From positions 71,796,001 to 71,860,000 of the forward strand of contig OZ024747.1 of the NCBI GenBank assembly GCA_964016885.1: a DNA stretch of 64,000 nt, written 5' to 3'. Made by a program: the position numbers and the translations under genes. The stretch is from Eledone cirrhosa. Taxonomy: Eukaryota. The number at the start of each line of letters is the position of its first letter. Positions within the stretch are counted from its first letter, which is position 1. Shown here one piece after another: positions 13,583 through 27,675 of this stretch. The notes under the pieces were generated by a model. That model was not told the origin of the DNA. It worked only from the letters and a program-made list of their open reading frames with translations, and searched no databases.

Positions 13583-15022
13583 TAATTTAATATATCAACT
13601 AACATAAGCGCACAGATGCACGCCCATGCCAGCAAATACACAGGTTATGTCATAGTACCTAGGTGGTTCAATGCAGGAGAATGCAGAACAATAATATAAA
13701 GGACGTAAAATAAGAAAATATTTTTTTAAAAAAAATTTAAAAAAAATTTTTTTCTTACTTAAATTTTCACTCCAACTAATTAGTTTCTGCAATGGGATAA
13801 AGACAGTTACGTAATCCAACTGTCGAGAATTCATTGCGTCATCAGGAAGTCTATTCTCAGTTAAGTCTCCAGGCAATGCGCGGACACTGGCGGCTCATAT
13901 AAAAATAATAATAATTCGGTAGATCGAACAGCTTGCGAGGACTGGATTCTATGTACCGAAATTCTCACTGCTTCAAGTCAAATGGCCGATTCTAAAGAAT
14001 CAATCACGTGACACAGAGGCTAGTTAGAAGGAATGGGATGGTAAGATGACTGACGCCTACTAACACCCCAAAAAAAAAATTTTTTTTTGGGGTGTTAGTA
14101 GGCGTCAGTCATCTTACCATCCCATTCCTTCTAACTAGCCTCTGTGTCACGTGATTGATTCTTTAGAATCGGCCATTTGACTTGAAGCAGTGAGAATTTC
14201 GGTACATAGAATCCAGTCCTCGCAAGCTGTTCGATCTACCGAATTATTATTATTTTTATATGAGCCGCCAGTGTCCGCGCATTGCCTGGAGACTTAACTG
14301 AGAATAGACTTCCTGATGACGCAATGAATTCTCGACAGTTGGATTACGTAACTGTCTTTATCCCATTGCAGAAACTAATTAGTTGGAGTGAAAATTTAAG
14401 TAAGAAAAAAATTTTTTTTAAATTTTTTTTTAAAAAATATTTTCTTATTTTACGTCCTTTATATTATTGTTCTGCATTCTCCTGCATTGAACCACCTAGG
14501 TACTATGACATAACCTGTGTATTTGCTGGCATGGGCGTGCATCTGTGCGCTTATGTTAGTTGATATATTAAATTATCTATATTTATCTCCAAATCACTGA
14601 TTTGTCGAGCAAACTTGTCAAAACCACTTCTAAAAAAAATTTTTTTTGGGGTGTTAGTAGGCGTCAGTCATCTTACCATCCCATTCCTTCTAACTAGCCT
14701 CTGTGTCACGTGATTGATTCTTTAGAATCGGCCATTTGACTTGAAGCAGTGAGAATTTCGGTACATAGAATCCAGTCCTCGCAAGCTGTTCGATCTACCG
14801 AATTATTATTATTTTTATATGAGCCGCCAGTGTCCGCGCATTGCCTGGAGACTTAACTGAGAATAGACTTCCTGATGACGCAATGAATTCTCGACAGTTG
14901 GATTACGTAACTGTCTTTATCCCATTGCAGAAACTAATTAGTTGGAGTGAAAATTTAAGTAAGAAAAAAATTTTTTTTTAAATTTTTTTTAAAAAAATAT
15001 TTTCTTATTTTACGTCCTTTAT
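13579..15022 (+). mobile_element. 1-kb near-perfect palindrome plus partial tandem copy of a ~559-bp unit in (TA)n (family 2)
   Basis: 13579-14079 is the reverse complement of 14080-14582; 14631-15022 directly repeats 14071-14462. Confidence 0.9.
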
Positions 15023-15261
15023 ATATATATATATATATATACCATTTATGTTAGGTTGTTTGCCAATGGGTAGAACTGGTGGTTCTAGTTTCTAGTTAGT
15101 AAACGATGATTCAATAAATTGAAGCACTCAGCCTTATGCAAATCATCCATAGTAATATGTATAGTGTTTTCACAGAATTAAAATTCTAAAGAAAGTTTCC
15201 AGTCCAGCCTTCTGTTATTTTTAATGAATATATATGTGTGTGTGTGTGTGCGTGCCTGTGT

Positions 15262-15331
<70 letters not shown>

Positions 15332-15398
15332 GGAGGAAAGAACTTTGCATAAAGGGGTCAAATTCAGCATGCATATGCATATTTTGAATATATATATA

Positions 15399-15432
<34 letters not shown>

Positions 15433-15440
<8 letters not shown>

Positions 15441-15742
15441 TAAAAGGGATTCCAACTTTGTCTGATTTACTCGTTTTATTTACAATCCTTTAAAAATGTT
15501 AATGGTATTAGAATGAAATATTATGGTAGAATATTAAATGTTAAGTGTTAATTGAACAAGTACTTTCATACTTTCATGCTTTCGCAATTAACACTTATCA
15601 TTTAATATTCTACCATACTATTTCATTCTAATACCATTAACATTTTTAAAGGATTGTAAATAAAACGAGTAAATCAGACAAAGTTGGAATCCCTTTTATT
15701 AATATAATCTTCTATACACAATCATACATACCCGTGTATATT

Positions 15743-15746
<4 letters not shown>
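15433..15746 (+). mobile_element. (TA)n-embedded fold-back element, family 3
   Basis: Arms about 15433-15553 / 15586-15706; same 3' end (ACCCGTGTATATTTA) as 52598-52882. Confidence 0.85.
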
Positions 15747-15794
<48 letters not shown>

Positions 15795-18259
15795 AAGTGC
15801 AGAAAAATCTCAATGGATTTAACGCATGGAAGAGACAGATTCAGGAAGACTTAGGATGAGGTTGTGAAGAGTGACCTTATGAAGCTAAACCTCACTGCCA
15901 GATGTTACCCCCTCCTTCCCACACACCACTCTCCACCTTCACACTTAGCAAACAGCCACGATATATCCCCGTCCTCATCTATAGGGTAGAGAGGGCTCTT
16001 CAGATGTATCAATGACCAACAACCAGTCTAATACTGGTGTCACAAAAAATGCAGCCAGTCTACCCAGTAAGTTGGTTGGCGAAAATAAGGCATCTTGTTG
16101 TAGGAACCATGCCAAATGAGCCAAGAGGACTTATTTGTTGTGTCAGAGGCACAACAACCTTTCTAGTATTGGTGATCTACAATTTTGTGGTGTGGTTTGT
16201 GATAGGAAGGGCATCCAGCCATAGAAAACTGTCAAACGAAAGGTTGGTAGGCCTCCTCTGCTGAGTCAACTTCCCTAGTGTTGGTGCCATGAGGAAATGT
16301 ACTTGGTAGCGTACAGTGTTGTATGTTGGACCCATCAAAGTAATCAATAGAGTACAGGAATGCATATAAAAGGGATATATGCCCCAAGCCCACATGGAGG
16401 TCAGTGGCTCTGCTTGATTGCTAACTAAACCGTAGCGACACGTCCAACCTTTGCTACCAGATAAAGTGGATGTTAAACAATAATAATTTGATATTATACA
16501 GTCTCTGTCTACCACATTCATTCATAACATATTGGTCTTCTTGGAGCTGTAGTAGAAGAACCTGTCCAAGTTGTCCTAAAGTGCAATAAAATCAAACACT
16601 ATGTTGTGAAGTGAAGTTATTAACCCCCCCTCAAATACACACATTCATGGAGATGATATAAAATAGATTGAAGACTCTTAAGTTGCCATCGACCACTTTA
16701 AGGGTCTTCACCCTGTCTCAAACTATTTTATAGCATCTCCACACATGAGCACATCATTCTTTATATTAACTTTATCCCCTGAGCACTTCATAAAGGTCTG
16801 ATGGATCGGTTGCATTTAGACAATATTTGTTGATATAGGCAGTTTGTTTCGTTAAAAATATGGCCATGAAAAGGTTAACACTCATTCCTAGTAGATACTC
16901 ACCATCAAAATATTTCTTAGTGAAAATTTCATTGATTGCTTGATTATGCTTTCTTAGTTCTGACACATCTGTTATGCACATTATTTAATGTGATAAAGGT
17001 ACAAATGTAAATATTTTTTAATCACAAATAGACAGACGAAAAATCCTGTTATACAATCTAAAGCTTAAGTAAATATATTCCACATGCCACCACCATAAGG
17101 TGAAACTTAAGGGTCAGTCCACTTGAGGGTCTCAGTGGATGTCCTCATTTTTTTCACAGAAGTAATTATTTATATGCATCTATCAATACAAGTTGTCCTA
17201 TCAACATTAAGGTCTGCATTATGAACAACACCCATATTCTTTAACTTAGTATTCTTGTTCTGAAACTGCAACTGCTATTATCAGTGTTTGTCTCCTCCTA
17301 CAGAGGTTGTCACATTTGCTGCTGCTACTGCTGCTACTGCTACTGCTGCTGTTGCTGTGGTTGTTTCTTTGGTTGCAACCCCTTCCTTAACTATTATTGG
17401 AGCATGGTTTGTCTAGAGAGACACTTCAGCCAATAAATAGCAACATTTACTTGAAGATATCTTCCAAAAGTTATTTCAGCCAAGAATACACTGCTGTTTA
17501 AATGACCAGTAAGTTTAAAGCTTTCCTATAAGACATTCTCTTCATTCTATCATCTGATTTCTTTTTAACTTTTCACATATTTTCTTAATACCAATACAAT
17601 TTATATAAATAACTTTCTTGCATACATATACATATATACAGGTATTTATAATTATATTGCTACATGTTCCTGTACCTTAATGGATTATAAATACTGAAAA
17701 AAATTAACATGTATACAAATAAACACACACATACACACATACACACACACATATACATACATACACACACATACATACATACATACACATACATACACAA
17801 ACACACACACTCATACACACATACATGCACACAGACACACACACAGAAACACATACAAACACAAACATACAAAGTAACATGCAAACAAACAACAAACACT
17901 AAAAAACACAGATGCACACAATTTTTCACACATACAAACAAAGCCCCAAACACACATACATACACACACATACATACACACACATACACACACTTGCAAA
18001 CACATACATACACAAGTTGTAGGATATAAGTTTCATTACAATATTGCATTAGTATATACTCAGAAAAGTTATTCATCATATTTGTAATATATACACCATA
18101 TATTTATATATACTATATGCAATAAAATATTTATAATTATGAACACCTGGTATACACTGTATATGTATATATATGTATATATATGTGTGTGTGTGTGTGC
18201 GTGAGTGTGTGTATATAGATATATATGTGTATGTGTATATATATAAATGTATATATACG

Positions 18260-18318
<59 letters not shown>

Positions 18319-18326
18319 ATATATAA

Positions 18327-18362
<36 letters not shown>

Positions 18363-18426
18363 ATATATAAATGTATATATATATATGTATATATATATAT
18401 ATGTATATATACGGCCCTTTATGATC

Positions 18427-18540
18427 TGAGTTCAAATCCCACCGAGGTTAACTTTGCTTTTCATCCTTACGGGGTCGATAAAATAAAGTACCAGTAATAC
18501 ACTGGAGTAATTGCTGGCCTTTTGCCAAAAGTAGAAACAA
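18427..18540 (+). mobile_element. Nin/Deu-domain SINE fragment
   Basis: GAGTTCAAATCCCACCGAGGTTAACTTTGCTTTTCATCCTTACGGGGTCGATAAAATAAAGTACCAG; other copies near 28205-28355, 34213-34340, 42646-42960, 44625-44697, 50385-50515 and 61168-61385. Confidence 0.8.
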
Positions 18541-18584
18541 TATATATGTATATATATATATATATTTATATATATTATCATCAT

Positions 18585-18667
<83 letters not shown>

Positions 18668-18894
18668 CATACACATGAATACATTCATAGACATATTTGT
18701 GTATATATTTATATATACATATATATATATATTTATCTATATATCTACACACACACATACACACGTGTGTATGGTAAATATAACTTCACAGACCTCATAA
18801 AAAAGGAAAACATTATATTAAAATCAGATTTGTATTCATTTATATAACTTAGATATGTGTTGCATGTCTTACATTCTTGCAGGAAATACCACAA

Positions 18895-18955
<61 letters not shown>

Positions 18956-19778
18956 CGTGTGTGTGTGTGTGTGTGTACAGGAAAAATATGTTAAATGAGG
19001 ATGATGTTGATGATGGTGATATATATGTATCATCATTTAATCTCTACATTCCCTATTAGCAGTGGTGAACAGAGACCAAATCCTTACTCAATTTGAGTCA
19101 CTAATCTCACACTTTACAGAGTACACTGTACATTTTATCATGGCACCAGCACTAGGAAGGTTGCCATGTCCTTGGCACAACTAAAGAACCCTCTCTACCG
19201 TTTATTTGGCAAGTGTACTCGGTATAATTTATCATGTCACCAACCCTAGAGAAGTTGCCATGCTCTTGACATAAAGAAGAATCCTTTCAATCCATTTTTT
19301 TGCATGGTTTTTCCCTCTTTGTGCTCTTCCTATTACCATTCACGTTACCGGTTGCACAGGGTGCATTTTTCATGGCACCAGCACTAGAGAGATTGCCTTG
19401 TCTTGACTGAAGGGTCCTCACACCCCTTTTTAGAATTGTTTCTACGTCTGGGAGGCCTTTCTTTCACCAACCACTTTACAGAGTGTACTGAGCACGTTTT
19501 ATTATGGCACTAGCTCTAGGGGGGCTGTAGGTAATTGATTCAACTGAAGAGTGCTCACTACCCTATGGAGAGCAACATAATGTTGGTGCAGCAAGTAATA
19601 AGTATAAAGACATGGTTGTCATAACAAGCCTTACAAGTAACTTTATTTCATAGGTTTCATCAACACCATAAATATATATTCTCAAGAGATTAAAACTATT
19701 AATATCTATTGAGTACTAATTTGTAATTTACCTCTCTTACTTTTGAATTAAGAAATTCCAATGCATATGATTGTATTA

Positions 19779-19838
<60 letters not shown>

Positions 19839-19869
19839 TATATTTTGGGGAGAAGATAATTCGCATAAC

Positions 19870-21500
19870 ACCGGGTCCTCGGGTGGCAGATAGAGGAATG
19901 ACCTTCAGATAAGAAAGTTAGCTGCGAATATAGTGAATAAGCAGTCCTGGACCAAATCCCAGGTTATCCTTTGGCAAGGCAAAGTGCCTGGTAGCCATGC
20001 ATGTGGGGTTATGCAAAGATCTATTTGGGAGCAGGAATGGTGATTGTGCTGAAAAGTGAACACCAATAAACAGTTGTCTCAGTTTTCAGTGCTTGTTGCC
20101 TCCATCAGTGGGATGCTGCACCTGTGAGAGTCTTAGCATGATATCACAGTATATTTACTATTAGAAAACATGACTGGTACAAACAACAGCTCCATGGCTA
20201 GAACCTGTAATTTTCTGTCTCTGCTTGGTCCTGAGGAAGTCTCAACTTCTCCCTAAGAAGATGATGTTTTAAACCCAACTGGACGACCATCTTCCGATAG
20301 CAAAACCTAGAGAGAACTATTTTGACCAAAGAGACCATACATCTTTGGCTCTTTAAACTACCACTCACTCACATCCTACTTTTTCCTGTGAGGAGCCCAA
20401 CAAGTATATCAACACCTACAACATTGTGATTGTATGTTTTCAAGAATACTGGTTTATCTACAAAGAAAGTTATCTGGATAACTTTCTTTGTAGATAAAGC
20501 ACTTTTGGCAAAAGCACTCTTTTTACTGCATCAAAAAATGACATTGGTGCTTCATTTGGAGGAGTTGGTTTCATAGTAAAAACACACATCCTTCCTCTAT
20601 TTACAAAGGTAACTAAGGTCAATGACCAGATTGTTACAGCAGTATTCGAAGGAAATCCCAAAACTGTTTTCAATTGCTATTCACCCAACAATGACCTGCA
20701 GAGAGAGCAAGTCAAACAGTTTTACCATAGTGTCACTATTTCTGAAGTACCCCCTCATGCCATGCTAATTATTGAGGAAGACTTCAACATGCAAATTTGA
20801 GGCAAATTTTCATACCACCAGAATACTAACAGAAATAGCATATTTCTAGAAGTGTTTCTAAAGCAACATAATCTCTTAGCCAGGAATACCACTTTCCAGG
20901 AACCAAAGTGGAAACTGTGGATTTGGAGGCACCCAGCTGGGTATCTTTCCCACATTGATTTTATCATTTACAGGAAACACTGGAGAAATAGCAGTCATGA
21001 TTGTCAGGGACATACTTGTGCAGTCATTGGAGGACATCACATCATCATCACAGCCAAAGTTAAACTGAGCCTTCGCTCAAACAGGAGAATCAATTAAAAC
21101 AGCTTTACTGAAGAGCGCTAAGGGAAGATATCAACCTTGCAAAAAAAATTGACAACTTCATTACTAATAAATTTGAATCCTTGCCAGCTGAAAATAAAAA
21201 AATATACATATGTAATGAAGTGGGTAAGAAGATCCTACCAAGACGCCCTCATCGAGCCACACCCACTCTGGAAAATGTAACAATGGCTACAGTCAGAAGT
21301 GACACCTTCAAATCCACAGTTTCATATCTACACCATCACCAGAAAATTCAGCACTATACTTTCAAACCATCTGGAGGATGAAAGAATCAACCAAACCCTG
21401 GTTGGATTTGACAATAAAAACAACAACACACCCACAGAAGCTGGGAGACTGATAAAAGAACTTTCTGGTAAGAAGAAGAAGGAGGAGAAAGAATAGAAGA
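19870..21500 (+). mobile_element. RTE-like LINE 5' part with decayed AP-endonuclease domain
   Basis: RTE-type 5' block AGCTGCGAATATAGTGAATAAGCAGTC; motifs GGVGFIVK, CYSP, LIIEEDFN, WIWRHPAGYLSHIDFI, with stops and frameshifts. Confidence 0.8.
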
Positions 21501-21515
21501 AGAAGGTAGGAAAAC

Positions 21516-21576
<61 letters not shown>

Positions 21577-22278
21577 TAGTTGTCCTACCTCACCTGTAAA
21601 AGTAGCTCTATCCTTTCACGATACCCTTAAAGCAAGGAACTTTTCAGCACCCTTCTGGGTTAGACAGGTCTACTTAGACCAAGTTAGTACTGAAGCAGGG
21701 CTACTCATCTCCCAGTGAAGTCAAGGTTCTGACATCTCGCTTATGTACAGTCTCACATCCTACCAAGTACACAAGAGAGGTTGTCATGTCTTTAAAACAA
21801 CTGCGGGTTCTCCCAATCCTTTCTATCACCAACCATTTTACAGCATGTATTGTGTGCATTGATTGTGTAGATCACTGACACTAGGGAGTCTGTCATGTCC
21901 TTCATGTGACAGTGGGGTCCTCCCAGCCTTCTGTTTGGCAAGCTTTATATATATATATCATCATCATGATCCTTATCATTATCATCATCGTTTAACATCC
22001 ATATTCCACGTTAGTATGCGTTAGATGGATTGCCCTGTTTCTGGCTTAGTTTCTGTGGTCGGATGCCCTTTCTAATGCCAACCACATTTACAGTGTGTAC
22101 TGGATGCTTTTTGTCATGACTCCTACATGACCACTTCATAGTGTGGGTTGGGAGCCTTTTGTCAGGACACCTAGACGACCACTTTACAGTGCGGGCTGGG
22201 TTCTTTTTGTCATGACACCTAGACGACCACTTTACTATATATATGTAAGTATGTTTTGAAACAGTGAGCAGGTTTGAA

Positions 22279-22413
22279 ATTAGAAAATAGAATAGCTTTC
22301 ACCGCATTTTTCAACTAAAGACATTTTTTCATCTTTTTCCATTTATCTGAGGGTTCTAAACCCCATTATCACACTAAAATTTTTTTAGTTGAAAAATACG
22401 GTGAAAGGTATTC

Positions 22414-22425
<12 letters not shown>
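22279..22425. repeat. Inverted repeat (~45-bp arms, ~55-bp loop) abutting (TA)n
   Basis: ATTAGAAAATAGAATAGCTTTCACCGCATTTTTCAACTAAA / TTTAGTTGAAAAATACGGTGAAAGGTATTCTATTTTCTAAT. Confidence 0.8.
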
Positions 22426-22450
<25 letters not shown>

Positions 22451-22454
<4 letters not shown>

Positions 22455-22690
22455 GATATTAATAAATGGAAACTATATTTATAAAAACATATTTATTTCA
22501 TTATACATATTTCAGGGATACTTGCAGTATCCCTGAAATATGTGTAATGAAATAAATATGGTTTTATCAATATAGTTTCCATTTATTAACATCGTATATC
22601 TACTCCAAATACTTGTCGAGTGCTTTATATCAGTTATAAAAATATTTACTTGTTGTATCCCAACAAATTTAAATAGAACTTTTGCATTTA
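22451..22690 (+). mobile_element. (TA)n-embedded fold-back element, family 5
   Basis: Arms 22451-22522 / 22526-22597 with 4 mismatches; tail homologous to 52160-52343. Confidence 0.85.
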
Positions 22691-22755
22691 TATATATATA
22701 TATACATCACCCGGCCTGAGGATTGAACTCACAAGGCCAATGCTCTAACCACTAA

Positions 22756-22795
<40 letters not shown>

Positions 22796-22798
<3 letters not shown>

Positions 22799-23431
22799 TC
22801 ATCATCATCATCATCACCGTTTTACGTCCGTTCTTCCACGCTAGCATGGGTTAGACGGGTTGTCCTGTTGTGGGCAGTGTCTGGTCAGCTGACCATGCCT
22901 TGCTCATACAGGAACTGATCTGGCTTGATTTCTACAGCTGGATGCCCTTCCTAACACCAACCTCATTTACAGTGAGTGCTGGGTGCTTTTTCGTGGCGCC
23001 TACACGTCCACTTTACAGTGTGGGCTGGGTGCTTTTTTGCCGTGGCACCTCCACGACCACCTTGCGGTGGGGGGGGGGGGGGGGGGGGGGGGGGCATATT
23101 GTTTATATGCTTCAGCATGTACCCATGGGAGGTCGGGTACCCTGTATTACTGCGTGACGCCAGAAGTCACGGTCGTGTGTCATTGACTTTGAGAGGTGTA
23201 GTTGGGTAAGGTCGGCTTTTATCACCTCATCCCAAGTCATCTTGGGTCTCCCCACTCCGCGGTTTCCATCAACTTCTAGTGCTCTGCACCTTTTTATGCA
23301 GCTGTCATCCTTCATACGCATCACATGTCCATACCAGCGTAACCGCCTCTCCTGCACGCAGCATTTGATTCCTCTTATGCTCAGTCTCTCTCTCAATTCA
23401 TTTATGCTTTGTCGTTCACGTATATTACTGT

Positions 23432-23435
<4 letters not shown>
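22796..23435 (-). mobile_element. RTE LINE 3' fragment (same family as 5627-7290)
   Basis: QERRLRWYGHVMRM...GVGRPKMTWDEVI plus 3' UTR and (GAT)n tail. Confidence 0.9.
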
Positions 23436-23518
<83 letters not shown>

Positions 23519-23969
23519 GGGGATTAACTAGTTAAGTTCTTGGTACAAGTTACCCACTTGCTGTTAAAATGGTGAGAGATCAGCCATTGGACAGAAAATC
23601 TTTATAGAATTTATATATATATACTATATATGGCTCAGTGGTTCAAACATTGGGCTTATAATCATGACATTTTAAGTTCAATTCCCTGACCAGCAGTGTG
23701 TTTTTGTCCTTGAGCAAGACACTTTATTTCACATTGTTTCAGTTCAATCAACTGGAGAAATGAGATGCAATGTCACTGCTGCCAAACTGTATCGGCTTTT
23801 GCCTTTCCCTTGGACAACATCAGTGGCATGGAGAGAGGAGACTGGTATGCAGGGGCGACTGGCCAGACTTGTCTCAAAACATGGATGACCCACCTAACCC
23901 ATGCAAGCATGAAGAAATAAGACATATATATATATAGATATATATATATATACATATATATATAGAGAG

Positions 23970-24002
<33 letters not shown>

Positions 24003-24633
24003 TACACATTTAATATTGCTGACATGAGAATGAGTACTCAATAGCATGGATGTGTTACCTTTACTGTGAAGTTTCCCCACTATTCCAATAATTCTTTAAG
24101 CAGTTTAGTAACTAGTCACTAAATGAATCTTAATAAATTATATATATATGTATACACACATATATCACATATATATATATATATATATACATGGATGTTA
24201 AATGGGGATGACAATGATGATAAAGATGATGATGATATATATATATATATCATCATCATCTTCATCATTATCGTCATCGCCATTTAACATCCATGTTTCC
24301 ATGCTGGCATGGGTTATATATATATATATATTATAAAGAATCAGGACCCCGACAGCTGAGCTCTTGCTGTTTCAACAGCTGGTTCCAAACTATATATATA
24401 TATATATATATAAATGTGAGTGTGTGCGTGTCTGTGTGCATGTGTGTATGTGTGTGTATGTGTGTATGGATAACTCCATGGTTTCCATTGATGCACTAGT
24501 GGTGAATAGTAAAAACATAAGTGTCTTATAAAGCATCCAAAACTACAATGATCCCCAGAAAGACACCCGATGTGCGGGAATTGTCCTTCTGTTTTCTGCT
24601 TCTTGTTTTTTTAATGATATGTATACATAAATG

Positions 24634-24676
<43 letters not shown>

Positions 24677-24782
24677 CATAAAATTAGAATTTTATTTCTC
24701 ACCCTAACACAGCTACATATAATATATATATATCATCATCATCTACATTTAATATATATATAAATAAATATATATATATATA

Positions 24783-24992
24783 TAACAAAGGAATTGCGGT
24801 AAGGAACCAGATGGACCATAACGCACCAGAGTACTCAATACTTAGGGTAGTAGAGTGGGAAATAGGACAAAGTATGACCCCGAAGGCAGAGCTCAAGCCG
24901 TTTCGATGGCAGAGTTCAAGCCGTTTCGACCCAGTCCAGAAATAGCCGTCGAAACGGCTTGAGCTCTGCCGTCGGGGTCATACTTTTTCCTA
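24783..24992 (-). mobile_element. (TA)n-embedded fold-back element, family 6
   Basis: Homologous to 27119-27313; hairpin at the right end with a 24-bp internal duplication; diverged fragment at about 24335-24390. Confidence 0.85.
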
Positions 24993-25021
24993 TATATATA
25001 TATATATATATATCATCTACA

Positions 25022-25057
<36 letters not shown>

Positions 25058-25390
25058 CAAGGCACTACAGACGTTGTGGCCATCCACTGCAGCCAAGGAA
25101 GTCCCTGGTCGTGACGGTCCTCCGTGCCACCGAATTCTGGCTTCTGCGGCCGAGTGAGTGGGACCGTGACTGTGCACTGGCCCTCCCCCCACTATAAACC
25201 TTTCCCGCACAGGTTTCTTCTTTAGCGTGCACTCCCAAAGCCCTGCGGTGATGGGCGAGAGGTAGAGGTAACAGGTGTCCCCGGACCTGCAAGTCAAGGA
25301 TAGGGTTCCACAGCCACCTTCGCACCCACGGCTGACGGGAACAACAATAAAGAAGATGTCATCATCGTTTACGATGGACAACCAAGAAGA

Positions 25391-25452
<62 letters not shown>

Positions 25453-25455
<3 letters not shown>

Positions 25456-25637
25456 GGAAAGGTAAAGGAAAAGAGAGTGTTCTATGTAGGCTACAGAGCT
25501 TTTTAGTTATGTAATAAACAGCATAAGATAATTATTTCATTTACCAGTGGTTTCTTGAAGACAGATAAAATCTGATAAATATCTGTCTTCAAGAAACCAC
25601 TGGTAATTGAAATAATTATCTTATGTTGTTTATTACA

Positions 25638-25643
<6 letters not shown>
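25453..25643 (-). mobile_element. (TA)n-embedded fold-back element (single copy in window)
   Basis: ~60-bp arms (about 25504-25566 / 25580-25643) plus a ~50-bp unique tail, with TA runs on both sides. Confidence 0.75.
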
Positions 25644-25695
<52 letters not shown>

Positions 25696-26649
25696 TCTCA
25701 AACAGGTTGCCATGGACAAAAACAATACTTAATTGGTGTTACTGTCCTCTCACCGACAGTCCAGGGGCCCACATTTCAGAGCATACTTACATTCTGGTTT
25801 GGTATAGTTTCTATGGCTGGATGCTCTGCCTATCATCAACCACTTTATACATTGTACTGGGTGCCTTTTATCATGCATCTATTGTAGAAAAGTTGTCACA
25901 TCCTTGTCACAACTGAAATGTTAGATTTAACATATATCAGCAGTACTCTCAGTTTTTATCTGCCCAATGAAAGGTGAAAACCTCCCCAAGCCAATGCCAA
26001 TTATTATGTGGTTATGACCTTTGTTGCTCTCATCCATGTAGTGCTCATAAGCCTATTGATCTTATTTCATTAACCTGTTCTGTTTCTTCCTCAACTACAT
26101 AAACCTGCCTCTCTTGGTTTCAATTTTGTTCACAGCTTTATCCATCTGTTATCATTTCATACCACATGCCTTACCTTCCTCCATTTTCTCTGTAAATATG
26201 CCCTAGTTAGTTCTTAATATGTCCTACTTTCACACCACATGTCTCTGCAGACTGTTCCACATTAAATGACAAGACAATGTTTCAGAGATAAAACTACTTC
26301 ATGGTGCAAAACTCCCATTAATACATACTTTGTGGCAAAACAACCAAATTCAGAGGATAGTTCATGTCATTCACATAAACAATAATTGTATGCTGAAACA
26401 TCTCTCGACTGAAATTGATACAGGAGGGAAAACAGACGATGGCAAGGAAAAGCTTGGCAAGGATTGTCCGATAGTAATATTGAAAAATAGAAATATTGAT
26501 TTAGAATCCTAGAAACAGCTTGCCCAAAACAGACCCCTATTGAGCACCCTTAGCAACAAAGGTGAAAGATATGATCACCTGACCAAGCATTGCCCACAAC
26601 AGGACAACTCATCTAATTCATGCCAGTGTGGAAAATTGACGTAAAACGG

Positions 26650-26692
<43 letters not shown>

Positions 26693-27060
26693 ATCATCGT
26701 TTAACGTCCATTTTTCCACGATACCATTGTGTGTGTGTGCGTGTGTGTGTGTGTGTGAGTGTGTGTGTGCGTGTGTGTGTATCAAAATAGTGAAAATTTG
26801 GACTGTGAACAACAATTATAATTGAGTGGCTGCTATTTGCAGTATAGCAATATAAGGTTGCACTTACCAATGAAACGGTCGTAAATACCTGGATAAAATC
26901 CTTCTCTTAATGCTTACCTGTGTTTTCTCTTTTATACTTTATACTCCAAGATTGGACGGAATTCTTACAAACTTGTGGAGTTACCCCTAACCGTACGTTG
27001 TAACCTTCCATGAAACTGGCTTTCTTAATCAAGAACTGGATCACAATAAGCAATATTTTG

Positions 27061-27118
<58 letters not shown>

Positions 27119-27121
<3 letters not shown>

Positions 27122-27308
27122 CGAAGGAAATGTGGTAAGGAACCAGGTGGACCATAACGCACCAAAGTACTCAATACTTAGGGTAGTAGAGTGGGTAATA
27201 GGAACAAGTAAGACCCCGACGGCTGAGCTCAAGCCGTTTCGACGGCTAATTCTGTACAGAATTAGCCGTCGAAACGGCTTGAGCTGAGCCGTCGGGGTCT
27301 TACTTGTT

Positions 27309-27313
<5 letters not shown>
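27119..27313 (-). mobile_element. (TA)n-embedded fold-back element, family 6
   Basis: Loopless palindrome 27199-27312 centred on CTGT|ACAG with one mismatch, plus an 80-bp tail. Confidence 0.85.
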
Positions 27314-27374
<61 letters not shown>

Positions 27375-27593
27375 AATCTTAGACAGGAACAAAAACAGAG
27401 AGGCAGTATAAATATGAGTTTATTAGGTTCACGCTTTTGTGGGTGGGGGGAAGAAATATAAGAAGCAAAGAAAATTTCAATGATACGAAAGATTTCCTGG
27501 TGGAAGTTCAGGTGTACTCCGGGTTGGTATCCAGTTTCGAGGTGAAAATCCAATCAGAAAATCCAACAAATTTTGAGAAGTCCACGTAAGCGT

Positions 27594-27675
<82 letters not shown>

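Noticed and set aside
13595-14563. Two almost identical 93-aa ORFs on opposite strands
   Set aside because: They are mirror images produced by the palindrome, start at TTG, run through homopolymers and have no recognisable domain
17660-18800. Many ORFs rich in YI, CV, HT or poly-H (also at 12.5-13.6, 28.6-29, 40-40.6, 44 and 51 kb)
   Set aside because: They are stop-free translations of microsatellites and minisatellites
22451-22597. Hairpins explained purely as library fold-back chimeras
   Set aside because: Arms here (4 mismatches) and at 15.4, 25.5, 27.2 and 37.9 kb carry substitutions, which implies time in the genome; an artefact remains possible for the near-perfect 14-kb case
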